Positions 11,500-24,586 of a stretch of 64,000 bases of DNA are shown here, in pieces. How positions within the stretch are numbered: the stretch's first letter is position 1; the number at the start of each line of letters is the position of its first letter. Position numbers and translations under genes: made by a program. The notes below the pieces were generated by a model. The model made no database searches. It was not told where the DNA came from and saw nothing but the letters and a program-made list of their open reading frames with translations. Source of the stretch: Felis catus (Eukaryota); assembly GCF_018350175.1 (NCBI RefSeq), contig NC_058373.1, positions 109,990,001 to 110,054,000 of the forward strand, written 5' to 3'.

Positions 11500-12735
11500 A
11501 GAGAGAGTCTTAAACAGGCTCCACTCTCAGCTCAGAGCCTGACACTGGGCTCGACCTCACAACTCTGGGATGATGAACTGAGCCGAATTCAAGAGTCGAC
11601 GCTTAACTGACTGAGCCACCCAGGCACCCCATTAGTGAGTACATTCTATCTGAATATTTTATAAACCTTCATTATCATGATAGCAATATATACATGATAC
11701 TTATAGATAATATTCCAGAAGAGTAAGAAAGAATACAAACCCACATATTGCCAAAATTGAAATATTTTGCTTGAAGGGGAACCTTTAATTTGAAAGGCAT
11801 GTTTTGGGGGAGGGAGGTATCAGAAGAAAGTTTGTAGATCTCTAGGCAGATTTTTAGTGTATTTAAATTAAAAATTCTCATTATTCATTTTAGCAATTCT
11901 GTTGCTTTTTTTGAAAAGGTATTGGGGCGTCTGCGTGGCTCAGTCTGGTTAAGGTCTGACTTCGGCTCGGGTCATGATCTCGCGGTTCACCAGTTAGAGC
12001 CCCTCGTAGGGCTCTGTGCTGACAGCTCGGAGCCTGGAGCCCGTTTTGGATTCTCTGTCCCCTTCTCTCTTTGTCCCTCCCCCTCCCCGTGCTCGCTTAC
12101 TCACGCTCTCTCTCAAAAAATAAATAAACATTAAAAATTTCTTAAAAAAGAAAAGAAAGGAAAAACTATTTAACATTTACAGATGAACAATACATCTTAA
12201 CAAAAATCCACTCACCTTAGTCCATGTGCTACGCACAGTCTTTTCATTGGCACTAGAGCTCAATTTCGTTAGAGCTCAGGCTGCAGGACACTTCATGTTT
12301 GGGGTCGGGGGAGGTGTGTGTGCAGAGTTAATCCATGCAGACAGACCACCTGTTTCCTCCTGCTCTGGCTTTGCGGTACAAGTTGGGGTACCTTGAGGAA
12401 AAGATGATTGTATTACAGCTGAGATCTTCAGTTTTGGCTACTTCTGTGTGATACAGCAATTAATGGGTCATACGTAGAAAGTGGCTAAGTTTTGTTTAAA
12501 AAACAATTTCGTTAGGGGCGTCTGGGCGGCTCGGTCAGTTAAGCGTCCAACTTTGGCTCAGGTCATGATCTCAGGGTTTGTGAGTTGCAGCCCTTTCATC
12601 GGGCTCTGTGCTCACAGCGCAGAACCTGCTTGAGAATCACTCTCCCCCCCCCTCTCTTTCTGCCCCCTCCCCTGCTCACTGTCTCTCTCTTTCTCAAGAT
12701 AAATCAAAATAAAAGGAAATTAAAAAAATAAAAAA
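11450..12735. mobile_element. Three CAN-SINEs (- 11450-11630; + 11924-12160; + 12515-12735)
   Basis: Canonical heads, CT tracts and A-tails; the first has TSD AGTGA(A/G)TACATTCT. Confidence 0.85.
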
Positions 12736-12917
12736 GATTTAATTACTCAGAAGTAATTTTTATCTTAAGTATAAATTGAAGCAAAAGAAACAAAATAAAT
12801 AGACTGCTTCCCATGCCCCCAAGATAAATAACAAAGGAAAAATCCCCCTACAACTTAAATGCATGGAAGCTGTTAGTACTATGATAGGTTACAGCCAACA
12901 TATGATGGGATCATTTG

Positions 12918-12953
12918 CTATACTTGATCTTAGCCAAAAGGCCGAGAAGTGAT
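12918..12953 (-). pseudogene. RNU2: 3'-truncated U2 snRNA retropseudogene (nt 1-36)
   Basis: Minus strand reads ATCACTTCTCGGCCTTTTGGCTAAGATCAAGTATAG versus U2 ATCGCTTCTCGGCCTTTTGGCTAAGATCAAGTGTAG (34/36); flanked by direct repeat TGATG(G/A)GATCATTTGCTA (12903-12920 / 12954-12971). Confidence 0.93.
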
Positions 12954-13879
12954 TGATGAGATCATTTGCTAGAATAATGCATGCTACAGCTTTTAGTTCA
13001 AAATTTTGAACTAGTGATTCAGAAAGAAAAAAAAAAATAAAGGAATGCCTACTGTAAATTCTGGTTTTAAAACTGTTAAAGGTGTGTTTTATTATTTACA
13101 CTTGTATGTTGACAGGAAAAATGGGTCACAAGTGTTCTCTTGAATATCCTTTCTAATCATCTCATGACACTGAGTAAGAATTTTTCCTTTGTTAATAGAC
13201 TTTTGTTTAAAAGAAAGTCTGTCACCTTTGTAGTCTTTGTACTTTCTTTCATTATGGGAAGCTTTAACTTCGTTGTGTAATCATTAATTTTATAGGTAGT
13301 GTTTAGTCCAGAACTGGTTATGATTCCTTCTAGGTCAGATGAAAAGAAACTCCAGAATGTTTATAACCACAGGTTGATGATTTGGTTACAAGACTCTGTT
13401 GGTGATGCTTTCTGAGACTTGGAAAGTAAGCTTGCCCCTTTCATGAGTCATCATGTTGTCTCCCAGTTGGCTATGTGTTTTCTTAGTTACTGCTGCTGAT
13501 TTCAGGTTTGAGCAGGACAAGTAGGTTTTGGAATGATCCAACATATTCTTTAGGTTATACATGCCTGTTAAACCTTATAAACTGACTTAATGTTGTATGT
13601 TCCGTGAAGAAGGGAAGATTTGATGGTCTGCCTGTCCCTGTCTTCCAAATTATTATTATTTTTTTCTGATTTGCTTTTCAGGGGTTTGAGGGTGGGGGTA
13701 GGAAAAGAGAAAAGTGAATCTGGGAGACTGTCGATATGCTCGTTTATGACCCCGGACGAGAGCAGAGCCAAAATGGCCTCTATGTGCTGATAGGATAAAA
13801 TATAATTTACTGGAGTCCTGGTCTTGGGGAATAGTCCCACATGTATAAGTACTAAAAGAACAAGGGATTTTTGGAAATG

Positions 13880-14378
13880 GCTGTGGTATAATGTAATGGT
13901 TAAGAGCGTGGCTTCTGAAGTCAGACTGACTTTGGTTCAGATCCTGGCTTTGCCATATACTAGCCGTATCACTTTGGACAAATTATATAACCTCTCTGAG
14001 TAGAGTTTCCTGGTCTGTAAAATGGAGGCCAAAATACCCCTTACCTTAAATTTTTTTTTTTTTTAACATTTATTTATTTTTGAGACAGAGAGAGACAGAG
14101 CATGAATGGGGGAGGGGAAGAGAGAGAGGGAGACACAGAATCGGAAGCAGGCTCCAAGCTCTGAGCCATCAGCCCAGAGCCTGACGCGGGGCTCGAACTC
14201 ACGGACCGCGAGATCGTGACCTGAGCTGAAGTCGGACGCTCAACCGACTGAGCCACCCAGGCGCCCCAAAATACCCCTTACCTTAAAGGAGTGTTGTGAA
14301 CGTTACTGAGGTAATACACATAATGGACAGTACACTGTTGCTGAATACTACAGAACACACTGTAATAAATGCTAGTTA
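13880..14378 (+). mobile_element. MIR split by a young CAN-SINE (- 14051-14267)
   Basis: MIR core (GGTTAAGAGCGTGGCTTCTG...CTGTAAAATGG...AATAAATGCTAG); SINE TSD AAAATACCCCTTACCTTAAA. Confidence 0.85.
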
Positions 14379-14429
14379 CATTCAGTTCAAGGGTGCAGTG
14401 AACAGGGTCTGAGTGTCAGGTGTTTAGGG

Positions 14430-15380
14430 GGCAATCAGAAGCAAGCAGATATGGCCCCTGTCCTTTAGGAGCTGGGGGAGATGGCCTTGTCAATGAATTA
14501 CTCTAGTATGATCCAGAATGAAAGAAGGGCAGGCCAAGGGCTGTAGGTGCATTAAGTCAGTGGTGATCAATGCCTACTTTGGGGGAAGTTAGCACTAGTC
14601 TTGTAGAACATTGACATTAGATTTGGGTGGATAGCCAGGTCTAGAATGTAGAGTAGGGCTTTTGTGGGTGGAGAATGGAGGAGAGTAGATTGGAGGCTGA
14701 AGAAGAGCATAAAATAAAGCACAGGGCTCACAGCAAGATGCGGAGGGAGAGGTCTCGATAGATGCTTCCTCATTAGATCTTGGGGACGTTTGAACACATA
14801 AATAGACTATATTCTTGTCAGTAGGGAACCAAGCTTGGTGTGAACTCTGTTTCAGGATAATGTTCTGAAAGACGTACTGGAGAGGCAGGGAGTCCAATTA
14901 CAAGGTGTTTTGAGACATCCAGTTGAGTGATGAAGAAATTCGGAGGACAGAGTCAGAAGGTATTGAAAGGAGGTGGAAGAGAGAGAGTTCTGAATTAGGT
15001 GCCTGGGGCGCCTGGGTGGCTCAGTCAGTTCGGCATCTGACTTCAGCTCACGTCATGATCTCACGGTTCACGAGTTCGAGGCCCGCATCAGGCTCCATGC
15101 TGACAGCTGGGAGCCTAGAGCCTGCTTGGGATTCTGTGTCTCCCTCTCTGTCTGCCCCTCCCCCGCTCACGCTCTGTCTCTCTCTCAAAAATAAACACAT
15201 TAAAAAAAATAAAGACAATTCATTTCTTAAATAAATAAACAAATAAATAAACAAGGTGCTGCAGAGAATGTTGGTGCCATTAGTTGAGAGAGAGAGAACA
15301 CAGGAGGAGCAGGTGGGAGACAACGGCTGGTCTCGGTGGTAGGGTGGGGTAGTGTGGACATCTAGCTGGCAGTTAGGAAT
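14430..15380 (-). mobile_element. L2 fragments with CAN-SINE (+ 15005-15250)
   Basis: Purine-rich antisense L2-like sequence (GGAGAGGCAGGGAGTCCAATT; TTGGTGCCATT...GAACACAGGAGGAGCAGGT) around a full SINE. Confidence 0.6.
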
Positions 15381-16754
15381 TTAATTCTTCAAGAAAGAAG
15401 CTAACGTTGTGCACTATGTCTCAGATTTTATGCTAAGCATCTCCAAAAATCATTATGGGAGGCAAATAGTATTTTCATTGATGAAGAGATAGTTCAGAAG
15501 AAGTCTGATGTTATTTGAACATTCACTTGCATTGCAAAGCACTTCTCACTTTTATCTTCCTCGTCAGGCTTTTTGGGGCAAGAGGCAAACCAGGGCTGGA
15601 AAGGATGAGGTGTGTGAGCACTGAAGACTGTTCATCATTTCCACATTCAGCCTCCCATTACATAGTCTCTACCTTGCGGAGAGAATAGGAGAGAATAACC
15701 CTCTCACTGGGAGATTTCCCTTTGTTACTTGAAGAATGTCGGGGGAGTTCCACTCCCAATCTTCTCTGGCAAGGTCTGATACTTTTTTTCCTTTTAGAGC
15801 TGCTTGAAGGTTGAAGTCCTTCAAGATTTTTTTCCCTCTTGCTTCTGATGAAATGGAAACATTTGGGTAGGAAAGGGTGAACACTTTATAAAACGAGTCT
15901 TGTTTTAGTTGGATTGGAGAGGAGCAGAGAGAATGATAGTCTTAACGTTATCCCCTGTGTCAGGTGATGAAATGTGTTCTCTCAATGTCAGGCTCGTGGA
16001 TGCAGATTGAACATTAAGTCTGGTAAGACTTTGTGCGTTTCTTTACATATTTTGTGTGTGTGTGTGTGTGTGTGTTCTTAACAAAAATCCAACAACACAC
16101 ATATTAAAAAGCAAAAGCTCTTCCTCATGCTATTTTCACTTTCCATTCCTGCCGTCCCTGTCCCTAGAGATCACCACTGTGGACAATCTTATGTTTATAC
16201 CATTTGAGTCTTTCTGAACACTTGGAACCCTGGCAGTGATTAAGCAGAGTCGCTAGAGTTTGTGCTTTTCCTTTGTCCCTTCAATATTTGGTATCAGGGT
16301 TTATTACTGAGATTTCATAAATAGGAGTTCTTTATACTGCGTTCTGAAAGCCTTTTGTCATGAAATTTAACTTAAGTTAAATGCTAGTGGATCCTCTTTC
16401 AAATCGGTGATGTACCTATGATTGGAATTTAGAGACCTTGATCTCATTTGTTGCTAAACCAGTTCTGTTAGTTAATTTATTACACAAGTTTGCCAGTTAG
16501 CTGCAACAGTGGGCAAAAAAACATGCTTCGTCTTATTTATTTATTTATTTATTTTAAAGAGGAGAAAGGGCAGGAAGAGCTGAGAATTGAAACCAGCAAA
16601 GGTCCATTTTAGTTCAGTCACTGGATTGATCTGTTAATTACTTCCTCTGTTGAATTCTCAGATAGATGCGCTCTGGCAAATCTCTCTAACAGAATCATGG
16701 GATAAGTCAGTACATTAGCTATATCTTGCCCATTAGGAAGTTTCTTTTAAGGAC

Positions 16755-16940
16755 ACTGAGTTTGGATCCCGCAGCAAGCCTGGCCAGTGGCTTGCTGATG
16801 ATCTTGAACAAGTTACTTTCCTTCTCTGTTTTCCTAAGTGGGGTAGATCGTGTTTGTCTTATGGACTTGTGAGGATTTAAGATATGGTACATGTATCTGC
16901 CATAAATTAAGTACTAAATAAATATTAACTATTATTACTG
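16755..16940 (+). mobile_element. MIR
   Basis: GATCTTGAACAAGTTACTT...TTGTGAGGATTTAA...AAATATTAACTATTATTA. Confidence 0.65.
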
Positions 16941-17044
16941 TTTTACCGTTAGTACCAAAAAAAGAATCTACAATTTTGGCCACCTGTGTAAGAATTCACC
17001 TGGTCTTACTTTCAAGCTATAACAAAGGGGAAGGCTCTGCTCAT

Positions 17045-17151
17045 GTTTTTTTGTTTTTTTGTTTTTTCCTTTTAAGTTTATTTATTTATTTTGAGAGAGA
17101 CATTGAGCACCAGTGGGGGGAGAGTCAGAGAGAGGGAGGCAGAATAGGAGG

Positions 17152-17187
<36 letters not shown>

Positions 17188-17308
17188 TCCATCTCTGTGC
17201 TAACAGCCCAGAGCCTGACACGGGGCTCGAACTCATGAACTGTGAGATCGTGACCTGAAACGAAATCAAGAGTCAGACCCTCAAATGACTGAGCCACCCA
17301 GGGACCCC
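17045..17308 (-). mobile_element. CAN-SINE
   Basis: Reverse head ends at 17308; (GA)n tract. Confidence 0.88.
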
Positions 17309-17901
17309 ACTGCTATTTCACTTTTATAGCACTGAAAATTGTCAGCAGAAATGGGCAAATAGTGAGATTGAGATATCTTTTCAAACAGGTAGAAATCTCA
17401 GTGCCTCTCTTAGGTGGTCAGCTTCCCAACTAAGTAAATTGGAGAAGCTTCCACCGAAGGATTACACAGAGACTTTGTATTGCCTTAGTGGTCTTCTCAA
17501 GATCTGTTGGTATTTCCAGTTCTGGTACACCCAAGAAAATATCATTAGAAAGATAAGAAACATTTTGGGGGGAGTGTTCTAATTGTTCACCGATGAGGAG
17601 GAAACGACTTAGATGGTGTTTCTTTTTGAGGGTGTTTTATGTTCTGTGTGTTTTAGAGGAACAGGTCAGGGATATTTCCATGGAGAAGGCTTGGAGAGAA
17701 CAAAAAAATATTTCTTAGAAATCTCAAAATGTAACCTGAAATCCCATGAAAAGAAAATTTTGTAATTTTAATAATCCGAGTTATGAAGGTAAAGGGTCAG
17801 AAGGATTATTTATGTTTTAGCAAATTTATTTTCACAGAGAAATACATAATTTCTAAATATTTTAATGAATTAAAAGATATGCTAAAGAAAATGTGATCTC
17901 A

Positions 17902-18418
17902 GGGGCACCTGGCTGGCTCAGTGAGTAGATGTGACTCTTGATCTTGGGGTTGTAAATTCAGGCTCCACATAGGGTGTAGAGATTACTTAAAAATAAAATC
18001 TTAGGGGCACCTGGGTGGCTCAGTTGGTTAAGCGGCCGACTTCGGCTCAGGTCATGATCTCGCGGTCCGTGAGTTCGAGCCCCGCGTCGGGCTCTGTGCT
18101 GACAGCTCAGAGCCTGGAGCCTGTTTCAGATTCTGTGTCTCCCTCTCTCTGACCCTCCCCTGTTCATGCTCTGTCTCTCCCTGTCTCAAAAATAAATAAA
18201 ACGTTAAAAAAAAAAATAAAAAATAAATAAAATCTTAAAAAAAGAAAAAGAAAAAGTGATCTCAGAACTAGAATTAGGGTGTTTGTTTGTTTGTTTGTTT
18301 AAGTAGGCTCCATGGCCAGTGTGGAGCCCAAAGCAGGGCTTGAACTCAAGACTCTGAGATCAAGACCAGAGCTGAGATCAAGTCTAATGCTTAACCGACT
18401 GAGCCACCTTGATGCCCC
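17902..18418. mobile_element. Short old CAN-SINE (+17902-18000) with a younger SINE (+18004-18232) in its tail, then a - SINE (18280-18418)
   Basis: Inner TSD AAATAAAATCTTA; outer TSD AAGAAAA(T/A)GTGATCTCAG. Confidence 0.85.
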
Positions 18419-18909
18419 AAGTTTCATTTTGCTTTGTTTTTTAAAGCTGGACAAATTTCTAATAGCGTCATTGCACATGTTATAAGTAACAACAAAGATA
18501 ATTTAGTATACACAGAAGTTCATTCTGTTCTTTCCTTGAAATGATGTGACCTCAGATCAGATTGGAAAATTGTGTCCACAAAATTGGCAAATATGTATCT
18601 TTAGGGAAAACTCAAATCTGGTTGTTTCTCTTCAGGTGAGAAACTTCTGAAATGTTTAGAAATGAAAAGGAAACTAGTTTGCAAGCTCTCTAGCAAGTCA
18701 CAAGGGAAGCTTGGAGGAGGGAAGGGTCTCACAGTTTGAAGTTCTGCTATTTCAGAAACCAAATCTGTTTTTCAGAGACACCCTCTGTTTCCTTAGTTGC
18801 TTGCTTCAGCAACTTTTTAACAAATGAATACCTGCTAAAGAGTTGCATTGCTGGCTGGCACCCTAGAAAAAACAACTTCTAAATCACACAGCAGTTAATT
18901 TTCAGCTGT

Positions 18910-18910
<1 letters not shown>

Positions 18911-18943
<33 letters not shown>
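18911..18943. repeat. (TG)n microsatellite
   Basis: Direct reading. Confidence 0.95.
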
Positions 18944-18945
<2 letters not shown>

Positions 18946-19319
18946 GTTTTTTGTTTTTGTTTTTTCCCATGGCTACTTTACCACTAGCCAGTCAGAATGC
19001 TAAGACTTATTGGTTGGGTAACATTGGGTGTCAAGTATTTAGTTAGAACTCCCTGTTCATCAGCACAATTGCCAGTAATGAAGGGTTCTTTGGAAGTGAA
19101 GAGTTAAGGAGAAACACGAACTCAAAAAGAAGATAAAGGAGCTCTATTTTGGGGGAGGTTTGAATTTGTTAAAAATTCCCCTAGGACAGTTTCCTCAAAA
19201 TTCTAGTATGAAAATCATAATCTAAAGTGGTTAGAAGAAATGTCATTTTTTAAAAGAGCGCTTTCTTAAAATTTTATATACTAGAATCTGTGATCTACTT
19301 ACTGAAATCTACAATGTTT

Positions 19320-20264
19320 GGGGCGCCTGAGTGGCTCAGTCGGTTAAGCATCTGACTTTGGCTCAGGTCATGATCTCACAGTTCGTGGGTTTGAGCCCTG
19401 TGTCAGGCTCTGTGCTGACAGCTCAGAGCCTGGAGCCTGCTTTGGATTCTGTGTCTCCCTCTTGCTCTCTGCCCCTCCCCTGCTCCCACTCTGTCTCTCT
19501 TTCTTTCAAAAATAAATAAACATTAAAAAAAAATGCAAAAAACTCTACAATGTTTTACCAAGTGATTTAAGGATTTGCTCATTTATTTGCTTTGTTACTG
19601 TGCAAGTCTTGGTAAATTATTAAATATAGTTGGACTGTAGGAACTAGAGGGGAACCCTTTCCTCTACGATGAGTCTTGGTGGTATATGAAATAATGGTCT
19701 GTCATAGGAGAGATCAAAAATTGAGTGAAAACAATATCATTTCTAAGATACCAATTATGAATTCTAATCCTGGGTTTATCCCTGACAGTTGTATGTCCTT
19801 GAATAAATCATTAACACTAAGGGTCTCAGTTTTCCCCACCTTAGGAGTATCACGATTATGTAAAATAACCTATAAGCACAACCAGATACAAAGTATGTTT
19901 TATTCTGGATCGATCTTTACTGATAATCCTTGCTTTCCCCTCCTAGACCTAGCCAGCCAGCTCTTAGGGGTCTATGATCGTCACGAATGACAGCAAAGGA
20001 CAGAGGGTGATGGGATTAAGAATCATTCCTGCAGTGGGGCTCCTGGGTGGCTCAGTTGGTTGAGTGTCTGACTTCGGCTCAGATCATGGTCTTGCAGTTC
20101 GTGAGTTCGAGCCCCGCGTCAGGCTCTGTGCTAACAAACAGCTCAGAGCCTGGAACCTCCTTCGGATTCTGTCTGTCTCTCCCCCTCCCCCTCCCCCTCC
20201 CCCTCCCCTGCTCGTGCTCTGCCTCTCTCTGTCTTTCAAAAATAAATAAATGTTAAAAAAAAAA
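19320..20264 (+). mobile_element. Two CAN-SINEs (19320-19540; 20036-20264) with a MIR remnant between
   Basis: TSDs TCTACAATGTTT and AATCATTCCTGC(A/G)GT. Confidence 0.85.
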
Positions 20265-21330
20265 ATCATTCCTGCGGTAACTTTAAAATGTGTATGTAAC
20301 ATCCATAAGGAGTTAAGTCTTGTCTCATAATTTATACCACTTGCACAGAGGCAGTAGTGTGGGCTGTTTTGTTAGAGTGCAGAGACATCCACAGCCATCG
20401 TGTTGAATTCAGTTTAGTATTTTAGAGCTGAATGCTACCCAGTCCTCTTATTTCACTGAAGGGGAGCCAAGATTCAGGGACAGCACGGTCCCACAGGTAA
20501 TTGATAGAACAGGAATAAAACTGCTGTCTCCAGATGTCTGGCTCCAGCCTCTTGCTGTCCTATGTAGGCGTATGTATATTTACATTGTTATATATTATTT
20601 AAGACCTATGAAGTGCTATCAATCATCTGACGGTATTTACTAAGTTTTTACGTGCTTTAGCGTCTTACTTAGGAGACAAAATATTGCTAACCTGGTTGTG
20701 ACCCCTTCCTCCTCAGAGGTGAATTTGGGATTCATTTCGTTACAATTTTGCTGCCTACGAATGTTAAGGGTGATTTTCAAAGTATTTCACAACCGACAGT
20801 GTGTGGACATTGCCACTCGTGTTGGATGCTGGCCGTAAACCACAGATCAGCCCTGCCAAAGTGTACTGGCTAAATATCATGGGCTCCTAAGCATTTTTGT
20901 TTTTTGAATGGAAGCTCACCCAATGTGGGGCTTGAACTCAGGACCCTGATCAAAAGTCACATGCTCTACCCATGGAACCAGCCAGGCGTCCCTCCTAAGC
21001 AATATTTTTTTGAGATCGCACATAGGTGGCACCATTCTGTATGCATTCTCCCACAAGTTGTTTTTTTCCCCCTCAACTTTACGTTTGTGGGCTATGTCCA
21101 TATTGATATGTGTAATTCTGACTTATTCATTTTCATTGTTTAATATTCTGTTGCATGAATATGTCACAGTTTATTTATCCATTCACTTATTTTTGGATAT
21201 TTAGTTTTTTAAAATCCTTTTTCAGGACTTACCGTTCCTATCATTTGCTTATTTTCCTGTTAGGTTGTTTGTCTTTTCCTTATTGTTTTGTGAGTATAAT
21301 ATTTTTGTATTTTTTGGAAACTATTATTTA

Positions 21331-21544
21331 ATTTTTTTTTCAACGTTTATTTATTTTTTGGGACAGAGAGAGACAGAGCATGAACGGGGGAGGGGCAGAG
21401 AGAGAGGGAGACACAGAATCGGAAACAGGCTCCAGGCTCTGAGCCATCAGCCCAGAGCCCGACGCGGAGCTTGAACTCCGGGACCGCGAGATCGTGACCT
21501 GGCTGAAGTCCGACGCTTAACCGACTGCGCCACCCAGGCGCCCC
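21331..21544 (-). mobile_element. Young felid CAN-SINE
   Basis: TSD TGGAAACTATTATTTAA. Confidence 0.93.
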
Positions 21545-21880
21545 TGGAAACTATTATTTAATAAACAAATAACATTAACATCTCTCCTTAAGCTACATAA
21601 AACCTAGCATAGCTTTGCCTTTCCAATATTATTGGACCTATATACAGCTATTCACATTTGAAAAGGGTTTTTCAATATCCCCTTATCAGATTGATGTCAA
21701 GTACACCCATGGAATTGTCTGAGTGTTAATATGCCTGTGTTTGTAGATAATGAACATATTCCTTTATGTGAAATGGATTTGGCACAGTCTTAACATTCTT
21801 GATTATGACGATTGATTTTATTTCCCCACATTTACATGGTCATGCAGGTGAACCTCATTATACTCTAAAACGTGGGAGGA

Positions 21881-22105
21881 GGGGCGCCTGGGTGGCGCAG
21901 TGGGTTAAGCGTCCGACTTCAGCCCAGGTCATGATCTCGCGGTCCGTGAGTTCGAGCCCCGCGTCGGGCTCTGGGCTGATGGCTCAGAGCCTGGAGCCTG
22001 CTTCCGATTCTGTGTCTCCCTCTCTCTACCCCTCCCCTGTTCATGCTCTGTGTCTCTCTGTCTCAAAAGTAAATAAAAGTTAAAAAAAAATTAAAAAAAA
22101 AATAA
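21881..22105 (+). mobile_element. Young felid CAN-SINE
   Basis: TSD TAAAA(C/T)GTGGGAGGA. Confidence 0.92.
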
Positions 22106-22669
22106 AATGTGGGAGGAAAGCCTTCATGAGAAAGGATAAAATTCTTATTTTTTCCTTTACTAAATAAAGCAGGATAATGGATGGCACCACTTAGTTCACT
22201 TAGTGAACCACAGAGGGGCCACAGAATATAAAGGAAACTATAAAGTGAATTGGGGGGATTGAGGCCATAGTTTAGGAATTTCTTTCTAGAACGTTATCTA
22301 TTTAAACTATCTGGGTTGTTCATGATTTTGGTTCTCTCTCTCTCTTTTGTCCCCCAGTGAATGGTGCCGACTTGACATGCTCGGCCCTCTGTTCTTTTGT
22401 CGACTACTTCTATCTGCTCTCTGGAAGGTTATTGTTTTCAAGGATCTTAAGCACTTGGATTAGGACAGTTAAACCTTTCGTTGGCTTGGGAAGTATAATC
22501 TTCCTGTTCATTCTGCTTTCCTGGCTTACTTGGTTTCCTCCCTTCCTTATTTCTTTTTACTTACACATCACCTGCCATCCTTCGGAGCATCTAACATTTT
22601 GTCCATTTCAGTTTTTTTTTAACCTACTTTTTGTTGCACAAAAGGACATAAACATGTAAAAGTACTTAG

Positions 22670-22900
22670 TAATAGAGGTTGCCTTTTCCTGGAGCATCAC
22701 GTAGCTCCCCCGCCTTATTAGAACAGATCCCCCATAAGCTCCGCCCTCCACCTCTGCACCGCCTCACTCCCACCCTCCCTGCTGTACGTCTCTTTTGTTG
22801 TTTCGAGCTAACAAAGTACTGTAATTTGCTGGATGTTGTGGACAGAGGACAGGCGGCCAGGGGGTTCCTGGAAGAATTTCTGTAACCTGCCTGAGCTCTC
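22670..22900. promoter_or_regulatory. Candidate intronic promoter/enhancer (GC-box cluster)
   Basis: Unique sequence with CCCCGCC, CTCCGCCC, CACCGCC and CCCACCC within ~80 bp, and retained CpGs. Confidence 0.3.
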
Positions 22901-23930
22901 TTCTCTTAAAAATTGCTGATTAACTGTCTCTTCTGTTTTGGGAATAGCCGGAACTTTAAAGTTCAGAATGTTGTTCAAAACAAAGATGTCTATTTTTAGA
23001 GGCAGAAAATATTTTCAGCCCATTTTCCCTAACTGCTTTTTTAAGAAACAAAAACCATGGACTTGAAGCGGGTAATCCCAAAGTGAAAACAAAAATCTTG
23101 CTGAAAGAATTAGCGATATATGAACATTTTGAAAACAAGCTGTGTTCTAGTTTCAGCTTTCTCTATTTGCTTGGGCAAAAGTAAGCAAAATATTGCTTAA
23201 TTACCATAGTTGTTCTGAAAATTTCCTCTTCCTTGCAGGTCTTGTCATATAAAATTGATGTAATGAAATAGAAGATAAAAAAATGTCAAAGGAGAACAGT
23301 GTTTAAAGAAACATTGTTAGTACAAAGGTCGTGGTGTTAAAACTGGCGGACAGGCAGAGTTCTCCGGACGGTGTCATCTGGGTTAATTTTTATCTTCATG
23401 AACGCAGGAATAGAAAGAACCTTTTCAAGGCTTTGATTTTGAAAGAATTATGATTTCCTTTTGGGGGGCTAGTTTTCACTTTATTAGTCCCAGTTTGTAG
23501 TAACAACGTCGCGTGCGATGTAGATAAAAATCAAAGATGGGCCTAATGGCACAGACCTTCCTACAAGATCTTTGTGAGCAGAACCAAAACCCTTTACAGA
23601 TACAACGGTCTATTTAAAGGTGCACAGTAACAATGACAGCATTTTAGGGCTGTCTTCCAACCCTATCACTTCCTTTTTCTAATGGGAAGTTGAGCTTGAA
23701 ACGGAGGAGGTACACTGATGTTACTGGACCAGTGCACTCAAGCTGTTGCCCGCTTTTGTGGAATCACAGACCTTTATGGGACGTTGCACAAAGGGATTGG
23801 TGAAGTGAAAGTACTTTGATTGATTTAGACTAACAGAATAGAAAAAAAAAAATTGAGTGAGTTAAGAAATACTCAGCAATTGCAGCCAGAACATGGTGGG
23901 AGGGGGTGGGGGAAGCCTCACATTAAAAAA

Positions 23931-24143
23931 AAATTTTTTTTTAATGTTTATTTACTTTTTTGAGACAGAGACAGAGCGTGAACGGGGGAGGGTCAGAGAG
24001 AGAAGGAGACACAGAATCCGGAACAGGCTCCAAGCTCCGAGCTGTTAGCACAGAGCCCGACGCGGGGCTCGAACTCACAGACCGTGAGATCATGACCTGA
24101 GCCGAAGTTGGACGCTCGGCCGACTGAGCCACCCAGGTGCCCC
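23931..24143 (-). mobile_element. CAN-SINE
   Basis: TSD GAA(G/A)CCTCACATT. Confidence 0.9.
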
Positions 24144-24586
24144 GAAACCTCACATTTTAAACACTAGCAAACAAAACTTTCAAAATATTAACATTTACAG
24201 TAAATAGTTTTTTCTGTTTTTTTGGCATGAATCTTTAAGCAGGTGTGTTTGAGGAGCTAACAGCGTGTCGCCAAGGTGATGCTTGGCTGCCGAGGTGGAA
24301 GAGATGGCTGATAGCCTCTCCAGGGTTCCACAGCTCCCAGACTGCGCCAGAAGCCTCGGGACGGAAGAGGACTTCTGGCCAAAGTGCCTGTCGCAAGGGG
24401 TGTATCTTAGAAGATCTCTCTGTTTGGCTTTGCTGTGGCGCAGGGAGGTCTGTGGACCAGGATCATCCCGATGATTCTGGTTCAGACTATGATGGACCTG
24501 AGGGTCCTGTATTTTTCTTAAGCTGATCCCAAGAATTTGCTACAGGTTGGCCTTAGAAATCTAAAATATCTCATTTTGGGCGGGGG

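Noticed and set aside
14074..14256. Recurrent MAQSV.RPTSAQV.IS...SLEPASDSVSPSLS ORF family across the window
   Set aside because: Translation of the CAN-SINE consensus, not a gene family.
21881..21970. tRNA-like A/B boxes
   Set aside because: tRNA-derived head of a CAN-SINE, not a tRNA gene; the same applies to all SINE heads here.
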